Virus record (IMG/VR): IMGVR_UViG_3300002835_000042
From: an uncultured virus (IMG/VR IMGVR_UViG_3300002835_000042)
Taxonomy: Duplodnaviria > Heunggongvirae > Uroviricota > Caudoviricetes
Direction: 5' to 3' (one strand)
DNA: 56,514 nt
Shown: in pieces, positions 56,441 to 56,514 of the stretch
How positions within the stretch are numbered: position 1 is the first letter of the stretch
Layout of the letters: each line of letters opens with the position of its first letter
Notes under the pieces: generated by a model
Databases searched by the model: none
The model's input: the letters and a program-made list of their open reading frames with translations, nothing else
Told to the model about the DNA's origin: nothing
Made by a program: the position numbers and the translations under genes

Positions 56441-56514
56441 TTATTTTATTTCCTATTCGTTTAGTTTGAGGGGATAAGTGTGCCACGAAGTGTGCCACGA
56501 ATTGAGAGAGAGTC

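Noticed and set aside
56477..56501. Tandem AAGTGTGCCACG(A) x2 at the window end
   Set aside because: Only two copies with truncated context; cannot be interpreted

Overview
An AT-rich segment of a large tailed dsDNA phage (Caudoviricetes), very probably infecting Actinomycetota and plausibly freshwater acI-type hosts. Supporting evidence is a WhiB gene, many apparently leaderless genes, and a DnaB-primase-SSB-DnaE-RecA-resolvase-Cas4-RuvC-terminase order like that of large actinophages. 1-16.6 kb (+): end of a probable virion block, a replication/recombination module and terminase. 16.6-36.3 kb (+): accessory genes (surface proteins, peptidases, CHAP lysin, sulfotransferases, APS-kinase/nucleotidyltransferase fusion, halogenase, luciferase-like proteins, WhiB, Hsp20, thioredoxin). 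36.4-41 kb (-): a very AT-rich glycosyl/carbamoyl-transferase island and three tRNAs. 45-46 kb: a repeat-rich region with DnaA boxes. 46-56.5 kb (-): small early-type genes and a tRNA-Asp. The most striking signals are non-coding: (1) eight TGTCAG-N10-TANNNT promoters that match the actinobacterial PafBC/RecA-NDp DNA-damage promoter; (2) seven dispersed copies of a compact H-type pseudoknot with covarying stems; (3) intergenic cassettes with CRP-like boxes, GACACGCCG and the only CCGG sites I could find; (4) two candidate small RNAs after hsp20. All protein calls come from motif recognition by eye; no searches were run.
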